From Nanobdellota archaeon (GTDB lineage: Archaea > Aenigmatarchaeota > Aenigmatarchaeia > QMZP01): a DNA stretch of 64,000 bases. Below are positions 1 through 9,750 of this stretch, piece after piece (positions within the stretch are counted from its first letter, which is position 1; every line of letters starts with the position of its first letter). The stretch lies in NCBI GenBank assembly GCA_043814765.1, contig JBDRJQ010000029.1:115600-179599 (forward strand). The letters run 5' to 3'. The notes below the pieces were generated by a model. That model had not been told where the DNA came from, did no database searches, and saw nothing but the letters and a program-made list of their open reading frames with translations. Made by a program: the position numbers and the translations under genes.

Positions 1-491
1 ATATCATCTATGTTATGTGCTCCAGTGCATATAATTTTTCCTGAAGAGAAAAGTAAAAACGCAACTCTAGGCTCGCTTATCCTGTAAACCAAGCCTGGGA
101 ATTGTTCTGGTTCATATTCTGCGTTTTCCAGTGCAAATGCAATCTCTTCCAAATTTAATTTTGCATCTATTTTTGAAGAAGCTACTATGTTTTCAACCTG
201 AATGTGAAACTTTGTTGGCAGATCTATGCCAAGCTCTCTAACTGTATCAACAACTTTTGTCATGGCTTCCTTGGATTTGTCAATGCTTTTTGCACCTGTA
301 CAAACTATTTTTCCTGATGAGAATATCAGTGCTGCAGCACGCGGCTCTGTTGTTCTATAAACCAAGCCTGGGAATTGTTCTGGTTCATATTCTGCGTTTT
401 CCAGTTTTGATACTATTACATTTAGCGGTATGTCCTTGCCTAGTGAAACAAAGGCAACAACATTCTCCACTTTAACCTGAAATTCTGACAT
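1..491 (-). CDS. tbp: TATA-box-binding protein (3' end runs off the window)
   Basis: Not in the ORF track. Manual translation from ATG at 491 gives MSEFQVKVENVVAF...LENAEYEPEQFPGLVY...FSSGKIVCTGAK, followed by a second TBP repeat. GGAGG SD upstream. Confidence 0.97.
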   Translation of the reverse strand, partial: MSEFQVKVENVVAFVSLGKDIPLNVIVSKLENAEYEPEQFPGLVYRTTEPRAAALIFSSGKIVCTGAKSIDKSKEAMTKVVDTVRELGIDLPTKFHIQVENIVASSKIDAKLNLEEIAFALENAEYEPEQFPGLVYRISEPRVAFLLFSSGKIICTGAHNIDD

Positions 492-694
492 AAATAGGTT
501 TCCTCCCTCTCGAGTTTATCTCGCGATACCTTAAATGGCATACTTAATTATATAAACGTTAAAATATAAGTTTGTATGTTTTAAGGGATATTTTAACCAT
601 GTTTCAGGTTGTTTTTGTAAAAACTATTTAAGTAATCATTTGAAACCAGTATATAGCGCCTAATCATTTGATATGGTTGGGAGGAGCGTAAAAT

Positions 695-2500
695 ATGAAG
701 AATTTAAAGGTAATAATACCTGACACATCTATCATTATCCAGGGTATTTTGTCAGATTTGATAAAAAAAGGAGAGCTTAAAAACATAAGACTGGTTATTC
801 CTAGAGCTGTTGTTGATGAACTGCAAGCTCAAGCCTCTAGAGGCAAGGACATTGGTTTCGAGGGTCTTGAAGAGATAAAAAAGATTAGAGACCTTGCACC
901 AAAAAGAAACATAAAGCTTGAATTTTATGGTGATAGGCCAACGCTTGAAGAGATACAGCTAGCAAAGAAAGGTCGTATTGATGCAATAATCCGTGATGTT
1001 GCTGTAAAAGAGAACGGAACGTTGGTTACATCTGATTATGTGCAAGCGTTGGTTGGAGAAGCTGAAGGCGTGAGCGTAAAGCATATGCCACAGCCAAGAA
1101 AGACAACCACAGACATAGAAAAATTCTTTACAAAAGATACCCAATCTGTGCACTTAAAAGTAGGATTAGAACCGATGGCAAAAAGAGGTAATCCTGGCAG
1201 TGTGAAACTTGTTAAAATAAGTAAAAACATCATGAGTGAAAAGGAGCTTAAGGGCATTATAGATGAGATTATTCAGAGGGCAAGAACTGATGAAAACTCT
1301 TTTGTAGAGATAGGAAAACATGGAGCAATGGTAATACAAATGGGCAACTACAGAATATTAATAACTCGTCCCCCCTTCTCTGAAGCAACTGAAGTTACAG
1401 CAGTAAGGCCTATTGTAAAATTATCAATAGATGACTACGAACTGCATGATGAACTGAAAGCTAGAATTTCTAACAAATCACAAGGAGTGCTAATAGCAGG
1501 ACCGCCTGGTTCTGGCAAGAGCACATTCGCTGCAAGCATTGCAGAGTTTTTATCAGGAAAAGGTAAGATTGTAAAAACATTAGAACAGCCACGTGATCTG
1601 CAAGTCGGTCCAGAAATAACACAGTATGCACCACTTGAGGGTGATTGGGAAAAAGCAACTGATATATTGCTTCTAGTAAGGCCTGACTACACTATATTCG
1701 ATGAAATAAGAAAGACTAGGGAGTTCAGGCTATTCGGCGACATGCGTCTTGCTGGTGTTGGTATGATTGGGGTTGTTCACGCCAATGATCCGGTATCTGC
1801 AATACAGCGTTTCATAGGCAGATTAGAGCTCGGTATAATTCCCCACGTAATAAATACAGTAATCTTCATTGACGCAGGAAAAGTTCAGAAGGTTTATGAA
1901 CTAAGCTTCAATGTAAGAGTTCCGTCAGGAATGAAAGAGGCTGATCTAGCTAGACCAGTTGTTGATGTAAAAGATTTTGAGACAAAAGAGCTGGTTTATG
2001 AGATATACACTTTCGGTGAAGAGAGCGTTGTCATGTCTGTTAAAAACGACGAGTCTTCAATGTCTGGCATTAAAAAACTTGCAATGGACAGGGCTTATCA
2101 GGAGCTTAGAAAATGGGACAATAACGTAAAGATAGAGATTCTTGACGATAACAGAATCTGCGCACGGGTAGACAACGAAAAGATAGCAAGGATAATTGGT
2201 AAAAAGGGCAAAAACATCGAAGAGATAGAAAAGAAACTAGGAATCCATATCTCTGTCGAACCAAAAGAGGCAACGTTCAAAAACGAAGTGCAGTTCTACA
2301 CTGAAGAAATGGGAAAGCATTTTTACATAAAAGTTGATCCCAAATTATCTGGTAAGTCAGTAGATATATACGACAATGAAGCTTTCCTAATGACATCCCT
2401 AGTCGGCAAAAGCGGTAAAATAAGGATAAAGAAGAAATCAGATATAGGAAGAAATGTAATGCGTGCGATAACAAAAGGTGCATTGAAGATTTTGATGTAG
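695..2500 (+). CDS. PINc/VapC-family ATPase (PIN + P-loop ATPase + KH; PINA-type)
   Basis: N-terminal PIN (PDTS...DEL...IDAII), Walker A GPPGSGKS, DEIR, and a C-terminal KH motif IIGKKGKNI. Confidence 0.92.
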   Translation: MKNLKVIIPDTSIIIQGILSDLIKKGELKNIRLVIPRAVVDELQAQASRGKDIGFEGLEEIKKIRDLAPKRNIKLEFYGDRPTLEEIQLAKKGRIDAIIRDVAVKENGTLVTSDYVQALVGEAEGVSVKHMPQPRKTTTDIEKFFTKDTQSVHLKVGLEPMAKRGNPGSVKLVKISKNIMSEKELKGIIDEIIQRARTDENSFVEIGKHGAMVIQMGNYRILITRPPFSEATEVTAVRPIVKLSIDDYELHDELKARISNKSQGVLIAGPPGSGKSTFAASIAEFLSGKGKIVKTLEQPRDLQVGPEITQYAPLEGDWEKATDILLLVRPDYTIFDEIRKTREFRLFGDMRLAGVGMIGVVHANDPVSAIQRFIGRLELGIIPHVINTVIFIDAGKVQKVYELSFNVRVPSGMKEADLARPVVDVKDFETKELVYEIYTFGEESVVMSVKNDESSMSGIKKLAMDRAYQELRKWDNNVKIEILDDNRICARVDNEKIARIIGKKGKNIEEIEKKLGIHISVEPKEATFKNEVQFYTEEMGKHFYIKVDPKLSGKSVDIYDNEAFLMTSLVGKSGKIRIKKKSDIGRNVMRAITKGALKILM

Positions 2501-2536
2501 ACAAAGCAATTGAAGACCAATTATAAAAGAAAGTAA

Positions 2537-2989
2537 TCACTTTACCAAAAGTTTTGCTCTCTCATATTCGTATTTCCAATCCTTTGGTATAGTGCCTTCA
2601 CTTCTGTAGTACTTTACAAGGCGTCTTATTTTTGATTCAGTTAGCTCAAGGCCTCGTTTAGAAGTGTAATCTTTTTTGTTTTTGTCCATGTGCGCATGCA
2701 AACTTACTGCCTTTTTCATTAAACTGAACATGTCTTCAGGAAACTTGGAATAAACGTCGTTTTTCTTCATTATTTTAGCTATCTTAGTCTTTGTGAACAT
2801 ATTCACAGACGGTATTCCATAAGAATCTCTCAGCTCAATACCTATTTGTGATGAAGTATCGCCCTTTTTGGCTAGTTTGACTATAATTTCTTCTATCTCA
2901 GCTGGCTTGAGCTTTACCCAGCTAGCTGACCTTTTCATAGGCTTTGCTGAACCTGATTTTCCCTTCTTACGTGAATGCATTCGTGCCAT
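2537..2989 (-). CDS. rps15: 30S ribosomal protein uS15
   Basis: MARMHSRKKGKSGS...SQIGIELRDSYGIP...SKRGLELTESKIRRLVKYY. Start set at ATG 2989. Confidence 0.97.
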   Translation of the reverse strand: MARMHSRKKGKSGSAKPMKRSASWVKLKPAEIEEIIVKLAKKGDTSSQIGIELRDSYGIPSVNMFTKTKIAKIMKKNDVYSKFPEDMFSLMKKAVSLHAHMDKNKKDYTSKRGLELTESKIRRLVKYYRSEGTIPKDWKYEYERAKLLVK

Positions 2990-3095
2990 TTTCAATTCCT
3001 CGATTATTTTGGATTATTGATGCGATAACGACTATAAATTCTGCATAGTCATTGGTATATACACCATTTATTGGATAAACTATATAAAAAGGTTG

Positions 3096-4283
3096 CTATT
3101 TCAGCAACGTATCAACTATGTCAGGGTCTGCTTTGATTCTTTTTACTGTCTTGTTTATGCCTGTCACAGGTGTTTTAAGTCCATGACCAGTAATCAGACA
3201 AACCACCCTTGAATTGCGTTTAATGTTGGCTCTATGCTTCAAAATACCTGCTAAAGCAACAGCGCCCGCAGGCTCAGCGAACAGGCCCTCTCTCTGAGCA
3301 AGGACCTCCCTTACTCGCAGTATTTCGACGTCCTTCACGCTCTCTAAGAAGCCCTTTGACTCCCTCACTGACTGAAGGGCTCTTTTACCGTCTAGAGGAT
3401 TACCACATTCTATAGCCACTGCTATAGTAGAACCTCTCATTGGTTTGACATACTTCTCGTTTTCTTTAAACGCCCTTTCAACAGGGTTACAGCCAACTGC
3501 CTGAATGCCAACCATTTTTGGTAGTTTTCTAGTAAAACCAATTTTTTGGAATTCATTGAATGCTTTCCATGTGGAAGATATTAGAGTACCGTTTCCAATT
3601 GGACAAGCAACATAATCTGCATTGACTTGTTCAGCTATCTCAAAACCAATTGATTTTGTGCCTTCGCGCCTGAAAAGATAGTCTCCTGTTAAATAACCTT
3701 TATGTTCCATGAAAGCCTTCTCTACCATTTCTGCAGCCATGGCATAGCTGCCTTTTATTTGGAACACATCAGCACCGTATGACAAAATTTGTTCTACTTT
3801 AGTCTGTATTGCATCATGCGGCGTAAAAACATGGCACTTAAGATTACTGACAGCTGAATATGCGGCAACAGATGCCCCCATGTTACCGGTGGATGCACAA
3901 ATCACTCGATGCGCCTTTTTGTCCAATGCCCGGCCTATTTCCACAGAAGATCCCCTGTCTTTGAAAGATCCTGTAGGATTGGTTGCTTCATATTTGAAAT
4001 ACAACTGAAACTTCAGTTTCAGGTCCTCCTCTAAATTTTTTGATCTAATCAGGGGGGTTCCTCCTTCCTGTAAAGTTACCATTTTTTTAACAGGAAAAAA
4101 TTCTTTGTAACGTGCATGATTAAATGGTCTTTTTCTCATTTTTTTAAGAGATAAAAAACGTTTCATTTTATTGTAATCATAAACCACTTCCAGAGATCCG
4201 CCGCATCTGTCGCATCTAAAAGCAACAGTTTCCATTGTATATTCTCGGCCACAATCAAAGCAGAATATGTATTTCTCAAACAT
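3096..4283 (-). CDS. thrC: Threonine synthase (PLP-dependent)
   Basis: N-terminal CxxC...CxxC, NPTGSFKDRG with the PLP lysine, ASTGN, EPAGA, ITGHGLK. Confidence 0.9.
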   Translation of the reverse strand: MFEKYIFCFDCGREYTMETVAFRCDRCGGSLEVVYDYNKMKRFLSLKKMRKRPFNHARYKEFFPVKKMVTLQEGGTPLIRSKNLEEDLKLKFQLYFKYEATNPTGSFKDRGSSVEIGRALDKKAHRVICASTGNMGASVAAYSAVSNLKCHVFTPHDAIQTKVEQILSYGADVFQIKGSYAMAAEMVEKAFMEHKGYLTGDYLFRREGTKSIGFEIAEQVNADYVACPIGNGTLISSTWKAFNEFQKIGFTRKLPKMVGIQAVGCNPVERAFKENEKYVKPMRGSTIAVAIECGNPLDGKRALQSVRESKGFLESVKDVEILRVREVLAQREGLFAEPAGAVALAGILKHRANIKRNSRVVCLITGHGLKTPVTGINKTVKRIKADPDIVDTLLK

Positions 4284-4404
4284 ATAGTATATTTTATTTT
4301 TTGTCTAGATTAAGTTTTACTCCAAATCGACGAGTAACAAACCAATTCAGATAACTTTAAATAGGTTTGTCATTATTATAATAATCAATTCGGATGTATT
4401 AACC

Positions 4405-4494
4405 ATGTTAATAGATTGGGAAGAAGATAGTGATAGTGAAGAAGAGGAAGACTGGGAAGGAGATTCAGGTGACGAGGAAGATGAAGAGATATAG
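4405..4494 (+). CDS. Putative 29-aa hyper-acidic peptide
   Basis: MLIDWEEDSDSEEEEDWEGDSGDEEDEEI*. It fills the thrC-ribL gap, has strong codon patterning, and a TTTAAATA box lies about 45 nt upstream. Confidence 0.55.
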   Translation: MLIDWEEDSDSEEEEDWEGDSGDEEDEEI

Positions 4495-4495
4495 T

Positions 4496-4879
4496 TTATA
4501 TCGCTTCCTCTAAAAGCTTCCTTGTACTGTAATCTTTGTATTTCTTTTTCAGTTTAACTAGCCTTGTTTTTTTTCCAATTTTATTTCTGTCTATTTTTTG
4601 ATCATAGCCCAGCACTATAACACTGGGGTTTTCCTTTTTCACTATTTTAAACATGTCGTCTTTGTCACCAATTACAGCTTTGTCAACAAAGTCAAGAGCC
4701 TCTAAAACCTTTTTTCTGTCTTTCGCAGGAAACAAAAGATATTTTTTGTTTTTCAAAACTGTTTTGTCATGGGCTACCACAACAATTAAATAATTGCCAA
4801 AGGACTTGGCTTTTTTCAGAAACCATAAATGTCCAGGATGAACAACATTGAAAACTCCTCCGACAATAACTTTTTTCAT
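4496..4879 (-). CDS. ribL: Archaeal FAD synthase / cytidylyltransferase-family nucleotidyltransferase
   Basis: GGVFNVVHPGH (HxGH motif), LGYDQ, YSTRK. Confidence 0.8.
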   Translation of the reverse strand: MKKVIVGGVFNVVHPGHLWFLKKAKSFGNYLIVVVAHDKTVLKNKKYLLFPAKDRKKVLEALDFVDKAVIGDKDDMFKIVKKENPSVIVLGYDQKIDRNKIGKKTRLVKLKKKYKDYSTRKLLEEAI

Positions 4880-4883
4880 TCCA

Positions 4884-7800
4884 TCACGTCCTCTTCACAT
4901 TCAAAGTTTTCTGCGAACCTGTTCTATCGCTCTCCAATAATATCTGATGAAGTCCCTGGCCTATTATATCGTCTCCAACTATGTTTATTGCGGCATACTC
5001 CAATAAAATCTTTACAGGTATAAGGAAGCCGAGGCCGTAAGCAAAGCTAGGTGCTATGTAAGTCATGAAGCTCTTTGCTTCTAATTTGCCTGTTTGATCT
5101 TCTATCCTTTTCCAGTCGCCTTCTGTGAAAGCAACAAAGGCGCGCGAATTAGTTAAATCAAAACTCAAACCAATCATATGATTACCTGAAGTGTTTTCTG
5201 TGTACAGTTTTCTAAATATGTTTTCGTAATGAATTAACCCATTCATCTTGTTGTCAGCATATGATGAGATATAATAATGAGTCGGACTAGAATAATTGTT
5301 TTCTCCGCCGAGAGATCCCGCACTAACTTCGCCTGTTCCGGGTATGTAAACATTATTGGAAGTGTTGTTCAAATAGAGTTTTATATCTACCCTAAAATCA
5401 GAATAGCTCACGTTGAATACTGTGCTGTTCATGTTCTTTTGGTCTGAACTGTCATTGGCTACAACTTTTACAGTCCATCCTCCCGGAGACCAATCCTGCA
5501 GCATCGTAAGGTTGTACTCAAATATTCGACCATTCTCTATGTCTTCTACAGCTGTCATTTCAAGATTATTTACCTTAACAGCATTGTTTGGATCAGTTAC
5601 GTTTATTATGACTTTGTCAATATCAGTGTAGTTGTTATAGTCAGTCACATTCGCGCGTATGACAACAACTTCATCTGTCGTGAAGCTGGTCTTTTCAACA
5701 TAGGATGTGGAATATGTTTTTATCCAGATGACCCTGGTCTCTGTGTTATAAGTGAAATAAGAAACATTGGTTTCGTTTGCATCCAAATAATCGTCTGCAA
5801 TTATAAGCCAGTACCAAGTGCCGCCTGTTATGTTTGTTAGCGTGGTTGTGTTGGCTGTTCCATTATAATACAGGACAGCGTCTTCGTTGTAGTTTGATGT
5901 GTTGAATTCTGTATTGCTCATATACATGAGGAATGTAAAACCGTTGCATGCTATATTATCTATTCCTGCACAACCATTGCCGAAATCAGCGTCTGTGGAA
6001 TTGGTCCAGTTAAAGACTATTGTCAATCCAGCAGTGCCATTATCGTCATATGAAGACGCATTAGCAGGGTCTGTTAAAACAGGCAGGCTTGGCGCCCTGT
6101 TTTGTACAGTGAATTCTAGGTACTCTCCTTCCTGATATTTGCCATCCGGACTAGTAGCATACCATTTGAAGCAAAAGGTATCCTGATTGGTAAAATTGGA
6201 TTCATAAACAACAGTTGTATGATTGTATGTTGTGTTTGTAATGTAGCCTGTATAATTTGTCATCGAAGGACATGCTTTAATATTTTTAAGCCCGTACCAA
6301 ACAGAGTTGACAGGTCCTTCATCAATCCAAGCCATAAAGGTAGCATCATTATCGTTGTAAATAGTATCTGGAACGTAAGTGCTATTGGCTACAATCGGTG
6401 GCTGCGCGTCTATGACAAAGTAAATCTCATCATCGCTTCTGTCCCCGTAATCTGTGCCATCATGCGGCTCAATCTGCCAGTAATAAGTGGAATCATCAAA
6501 ATGCTTCCATGATATCTGGTATGTGTCTCCGGCACTTACACCAGACAGGTCATCGCCTGCCATAAGAGCAAGCGTTGTTGCATTGTTGCTTGTTGTGTTC
6601 GTTATCACTATGCCGCCACTGATATTTATTTTGTCGGTATATTTTAATGACATTGATAGTTGGTTGGTTTCCCAGTTTTTATCCAAATCTGTGATTGTAT
6701 CATCAGCGTCATTAACACTTTCTATGACACCTGTTTCTTGGTACCAGCCCCATGTCGAATCGTTGAGGTATGTTATGTTAAGCGCCTGGCCGGCTGACCC
6801 GTCAGGAGCCCTGTATATTGCCAGCTTGTATTTTATCGAATCGCCGTCCCTGTCTGTTGCGTTCTCCCACTCAAATAGTGTGGTATTAGCATTGATTTGT
6901 GTCCTGTTTCTTGGCAAAACCAGTGGTTTAGCATAAGAGAATTCTGTGCGAGCTACTTCAGATATTCTGAATTCGTCTATGCCAGCTGTTATTGCACTCC
7001 CATTGTTATAATCACTGCCAATATGTAGGTTAATAGGGTTGGCATTCATCCTTGCATTTATAGCTCTGGTCTGCTTCAGACTGCCATCAACATAGATTCT
7101 GAGAAGTCTTGTAGACTGGTCCCATGTGCATGCAACATGATGCCATGAATCAGCATTCCAGTCTCTTATATTAGCTGTTACAGTTCTGCTATTTCTGTTT
7201 GAACCGTATAATCTGCAGCTTAGCACTCCGTTGTTATTTTTCCATATAAGGATTCTGTTTCTGGTGCTCCAACTGCTACCAGTATAAGGTCTAGACGTAT
7301 CAAAAAAATATCTATTATTTCTGTCATTATTTCCATTCCATGATGGTTTAATCCACATCTCAACAGTGCCTGCATTGTAATCCAGATTGTCTCCATTGGT
7401 GTTGTCATAATAAAGCGCTGAAGAAATTTGAATTGAATTATACACCTTTCCAACAACATAATCATGCGGATCTATTGACATAGCACCCCTTTCTCCTTCC
7501 ATGCCATAGGGTAATAAAAAAGAAGTTCCTATAGTAGTATCATCAAAATGCACCAGCAACAGCGTATTCAAATCATTCTCCGGCTCGTACAAGCTTGGTT
7601 TTGAGTTGCCTATTGTGACATTCTTAAATGCCTCGCCGCAGTTGTTCTCTGCGTCGCAGGCACGCACATAACAGCTCCATGTCTCGCCCCTGTGCGCGAG
7701 CGCCGGCCTCAAAAATATATGCCTATTATCGCCGACAGCGACTGAAGTGAATGTTTCGCTCGAATATGTCGTCGTTCCGTTAATCCATTTCGCTGTTATG

Positions 7801-9605
7801 GTTGCAGGGTTGTTGTTTGCGTCAGTGTGATTAAATGTACAGTTGAATTGTGTTGACATAATACCAGAACTTGGTGTAATTCCTACAAATGGATACGGAA
7901 TCGCATCAGATGGAATTATCGGCCCCCAATCAGCGCCCGAACCAAACCATTTGCTTTGCCCACTGTTGTAAGGCCAGTCTCCTCCACTGTCAGCAAAGCC
8001 GTCCCCGTCAGAATCAATAATGTTCCATATATAGTAATCGTCGTAAAAATTACCCTCTGCCTGATAACCCATAGATTTGCCGGAATTTGTGGTATTGAAC
8101 ATGTTGTCATCAGCATTCGACCCGGAGTAGACATAATACATATCGGCGCTTTTGAAGTAGTTGCTGTAGAAGGCATTGTAATCCCCGCCCACCTGAAGCG
8201 TCGTGTTCGCTTCCTTGAATGTGCAGTTCTGTATGTTTGCGTAGCTCGCATTGGCTGTAGAGTGGCCAATGGCGTAGAGGTTAAAATCCCCTGAACCTAC
8301 ATAAACTACACCGTCTACTACTGCTGGTGAACCCATATATGAAATTATTGTGTAATTCCATTTTAGAGTTCCGTTGGTATATAATGCATAAAGTGTACTG
8401 TCAGGGGCAGTTGAACCGAAATATATTGCACCATCTACTACTGTTGCTTGAGATTGTATGTATACAGTTGTTGTGTAATTCCATTTTAAAGTACCATTTG
8501 TGTAGAAAGCATAAAGATTTTTATCGTTTGATCCGATGTAAATAATATCATCTGAAATGGTTGGTGCTGGGTATACTATAGCATCACCAGTACTGTAGTT
8601 CCATTTTAAAGTACCATTTGTGTAGAAAGCATAAAGATTGTTGTCATGTGAGCCTATATAGACAACTCCGTCTGATACTGCTGGTGATGAGAATATGGCG
8701 TTACCTACAGTATAGTTCCATTTTAAAGTTCCGTTGGTATAGATAGCATAAGTATTGTTGTCATATGAGCCTATATAGACAACTCCGTCTGATACTGCTG
8801 GTGATGATTCTACTATAGAGCCGCTTGTCAAATATTTCCATTTTAGTGTTCCATTAGTGTATATTGCATATATGTTGTCGTCATCTGAACCTACATAAAC
8901 TACACCATCTACTATTGCTGGGGATGATCTTACAGATCCTCCTGTTGTGTAATTCCATTTTAGAGTTCCGTTGGTATATAATGCATAAAGATTATAATCA
9001 TAAGAGCCCACATAAACTACACCATCTACTATTGCTGGGGATGAGACAATCTCAAATTCCGTCGTATAATTCCATTTTAGAGTTCCATTAGTCCAGATTG
9101 CGTATATGTTTTTATCATTTGACCCAACATAAACTACACCGTCTACTATTGCTGGGGATGATATTCCTATACCAGCACCTAGCGTGTAATTCCACATCAA
9201 AGTAACATTCCCGCTTGCCACACCTCCTGTTGTTCCAGTATGTTTTAAATTTTGGTGAAACATCGGCCATGAGTGATTCCCCTGCAAGACAAGGCTTTGG
9301 TTAAATTGGGTAACCGTGCAGTTGTACATGGTGAAATTGTTTGCGCCGACATTGACGCCTACAGCGAGCCTGCTGTTGCCTTTTATCCAGTAGCCGGCGC
9401 AGTCGAGGATGATGTTGTTTGCGACCACACGGAAGCAGCTTCCAAACTCGTCTGGAAATGTGACATTTGATGTGAGGATGTATTTCTCACTGGTTGTACT
9501 TAGAGTTGTGCATGTATTGATGTTGCTGGTGCCTGCAAATGCTGTTGGCGCAGCAGCTAAAACGACAAATATAATCAAAAATAACAAAATCGGCTTTCTG
9601 TGCAT
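4884..9605 (-). CDS. Giant secreted surface glycoprotein: beta-helix (NosD-like), PQQ/BamB-type beta-propeller, LamG/ConA domain and Ig-like domains
   Basis: Signal peptide, about 8 repeats of SSPAIVDGVVYVGS...YAxYTNGTLKWNY, LamG (GTVEMWIKP...WHHVACTW...IYVDG...IDEFRIS), many N-x-S/T sequons. Confidence 0.85.
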   Translation of the reverse strand: MHRKPILLFLIIFVVLAAAPTAFAGTSNINTCTTLSTTSEKYILTSNVTFPDEFGSCFRVVANNIILDCAGYWIKGNSRLAVGVNVGANNFTMYNCTVTQFNQSLVLQGNHSWPMFHQNLKHTGTTGGVASGNVTLMWNYTLGAGIGISSPAIVDGVVYVGSNDKNIYAIWTNGTLKWNYTTEFEIVSSPAIVDGVVYVGSYDYNLYALYTNGTLKWNYTTGGSVRSSPAIVDGVVYVGSDDDNIYAIYTNGTLKWKYLTSGSIVESSPAVSDGVVYIGSYDNNTYAIYTNGTLKWNYTVGNAIFSSPAVSDGVVYIGSHDNNLYAFYTNGTLKWNYSTGDAIVYPAPTISDDIIYIGSNDKNLYAFYTNGTLKWNYTTTVYIQSQATVVDGAIYFGSTAPDSTLYALYTNGTLKWNYTIISYMGSPAVVDGVVYVGSGDFNLYAIGHSTANASYANIQNCTFKEANTTLQVGGDYNAFYSNYFKSADMYYVYSGSNADDNMFNTTNSGKSMGYQAEGNFYDDYYIWNIIDSDGDGFADSGGDWPYNSGQSKWFGSGADWGPIIPSDAIPYPFVGITPSSGIMSTQFNCTFNHTDANNNPATITAKWINGTTTYSSETFTSVAVGDNRHIFLRPALAHRGETWSCYVRACDAENNCGEAFKNVTIGNSKPSLYEPENDLNTLLLVHFDDTTIGTSFLLPYGMEGERGAMSIDPHDYVVGKVYNSIQISSALYYDNTNGDNLDYNAGTVEMWIKPSWNGNNDRNNRYFFDTSRPYTGSSWSTRNRILIWKNNNGVLSCRLYGSNRNSRTVTANIRDWNADSWHHVACTWDQSTRLLRIYVDGSLKQTRAINARMNANPINLHIGSDYNNGSAITAGIDEFRISEVARTEFSYAKPLVLPRNRTQINANTTLFEWENATDRDGDSIKYKLAIYRAPDGSAGQALNITYLNDSTWGWYQETGVIESVNDADDTITDLDKNWETNQLSMSLKYTDKINISGGIVITNTTSNNATTLALMAGDDLSGVSAGDTYQISWKHFDDSTYYWQIEPHDGTDYGDRSDDEIYFVIDAQPPIVANSTYVPDTIYNDNDATFMAWIDEGPVNSVWYGLKNIKACPSMTNYTGYITNTTYNHTTVVYESNFTNQDTFCFKWYATSPDGKYQEGEYLEFTVQNRAPSLPVLTDPANASSYDDNGTAGLTIVFNWTNSTDADFGNGCAGIDNIACNGFTFLMYMSNTEFNTSNYNEDAVLYYNGTANTTTLTNITGGTWYWLIIADDYLDANETNVSYFTYNTETRVIWIKTYSTSYVEKTSFTTDEVVVIRANVTDYNNYTDIDKVIINVTDPNNAVKVNNLEMTAVEDIENGRIFEYNLTMLQDWSPGGWTVKVVANDSSDQKNMNSTVFNVSYSDFRVDIKLYLNNTSNNVYIPGTGEVSAGSLGGENNYSSPTHYYISSYADNKMNGLIHYENIFRKLYTENTSGNHMIGLSFDLTNSRAFVAFTEGDWKRIEDQTGKLEAKSFMTYIAPSFAYGLGFLIPVKILLEYAAINIVGDDIIGQGLHQILLESDRTGSQKTLNVKRT
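8270..9195 (-). repeat. Intragenic tandem repeats of about 117-123 bp (beta-propeller blades)
   Basis: Recurring ccatttta(g/a)agt(t/a)cc(g/a)tt and acataaactacacc(a/g)tctacta units, with near-identical copies at about 8480 and 8600. Confidence 0.9.
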
Positions 9606-9670
9606 ATATTATAATTGGTTTGTTAGTATAATTATTTGAATGTCTCTATAAATTGACAACAATAAACAGA

Positions 9671-9694
9671 ATGCTGGTGTTGGGACACCAGCAT
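9671..9694. terminator. Perfect hairpin downstream of the SBBP lipoprotein gene; likely terminator
   Basis: ATGCTGGTGT-TGGG-ACACCAGCAT, a 10-bp stem, followed on the minus strand by TCTGTTTATT. Confidence 0.6.
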
Positions 9695-9750
9695 ATAAAG
9701 TTTCAATTGGTTAACGGCTAACATTGGATGCCTAAGCTGTCTTTTGATTC

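Noticed and set aside
257..475. 72-aa plus-strand ORF
   Set aside because: It is antisense to tbp, which the ORF track missed because it runs off the window.
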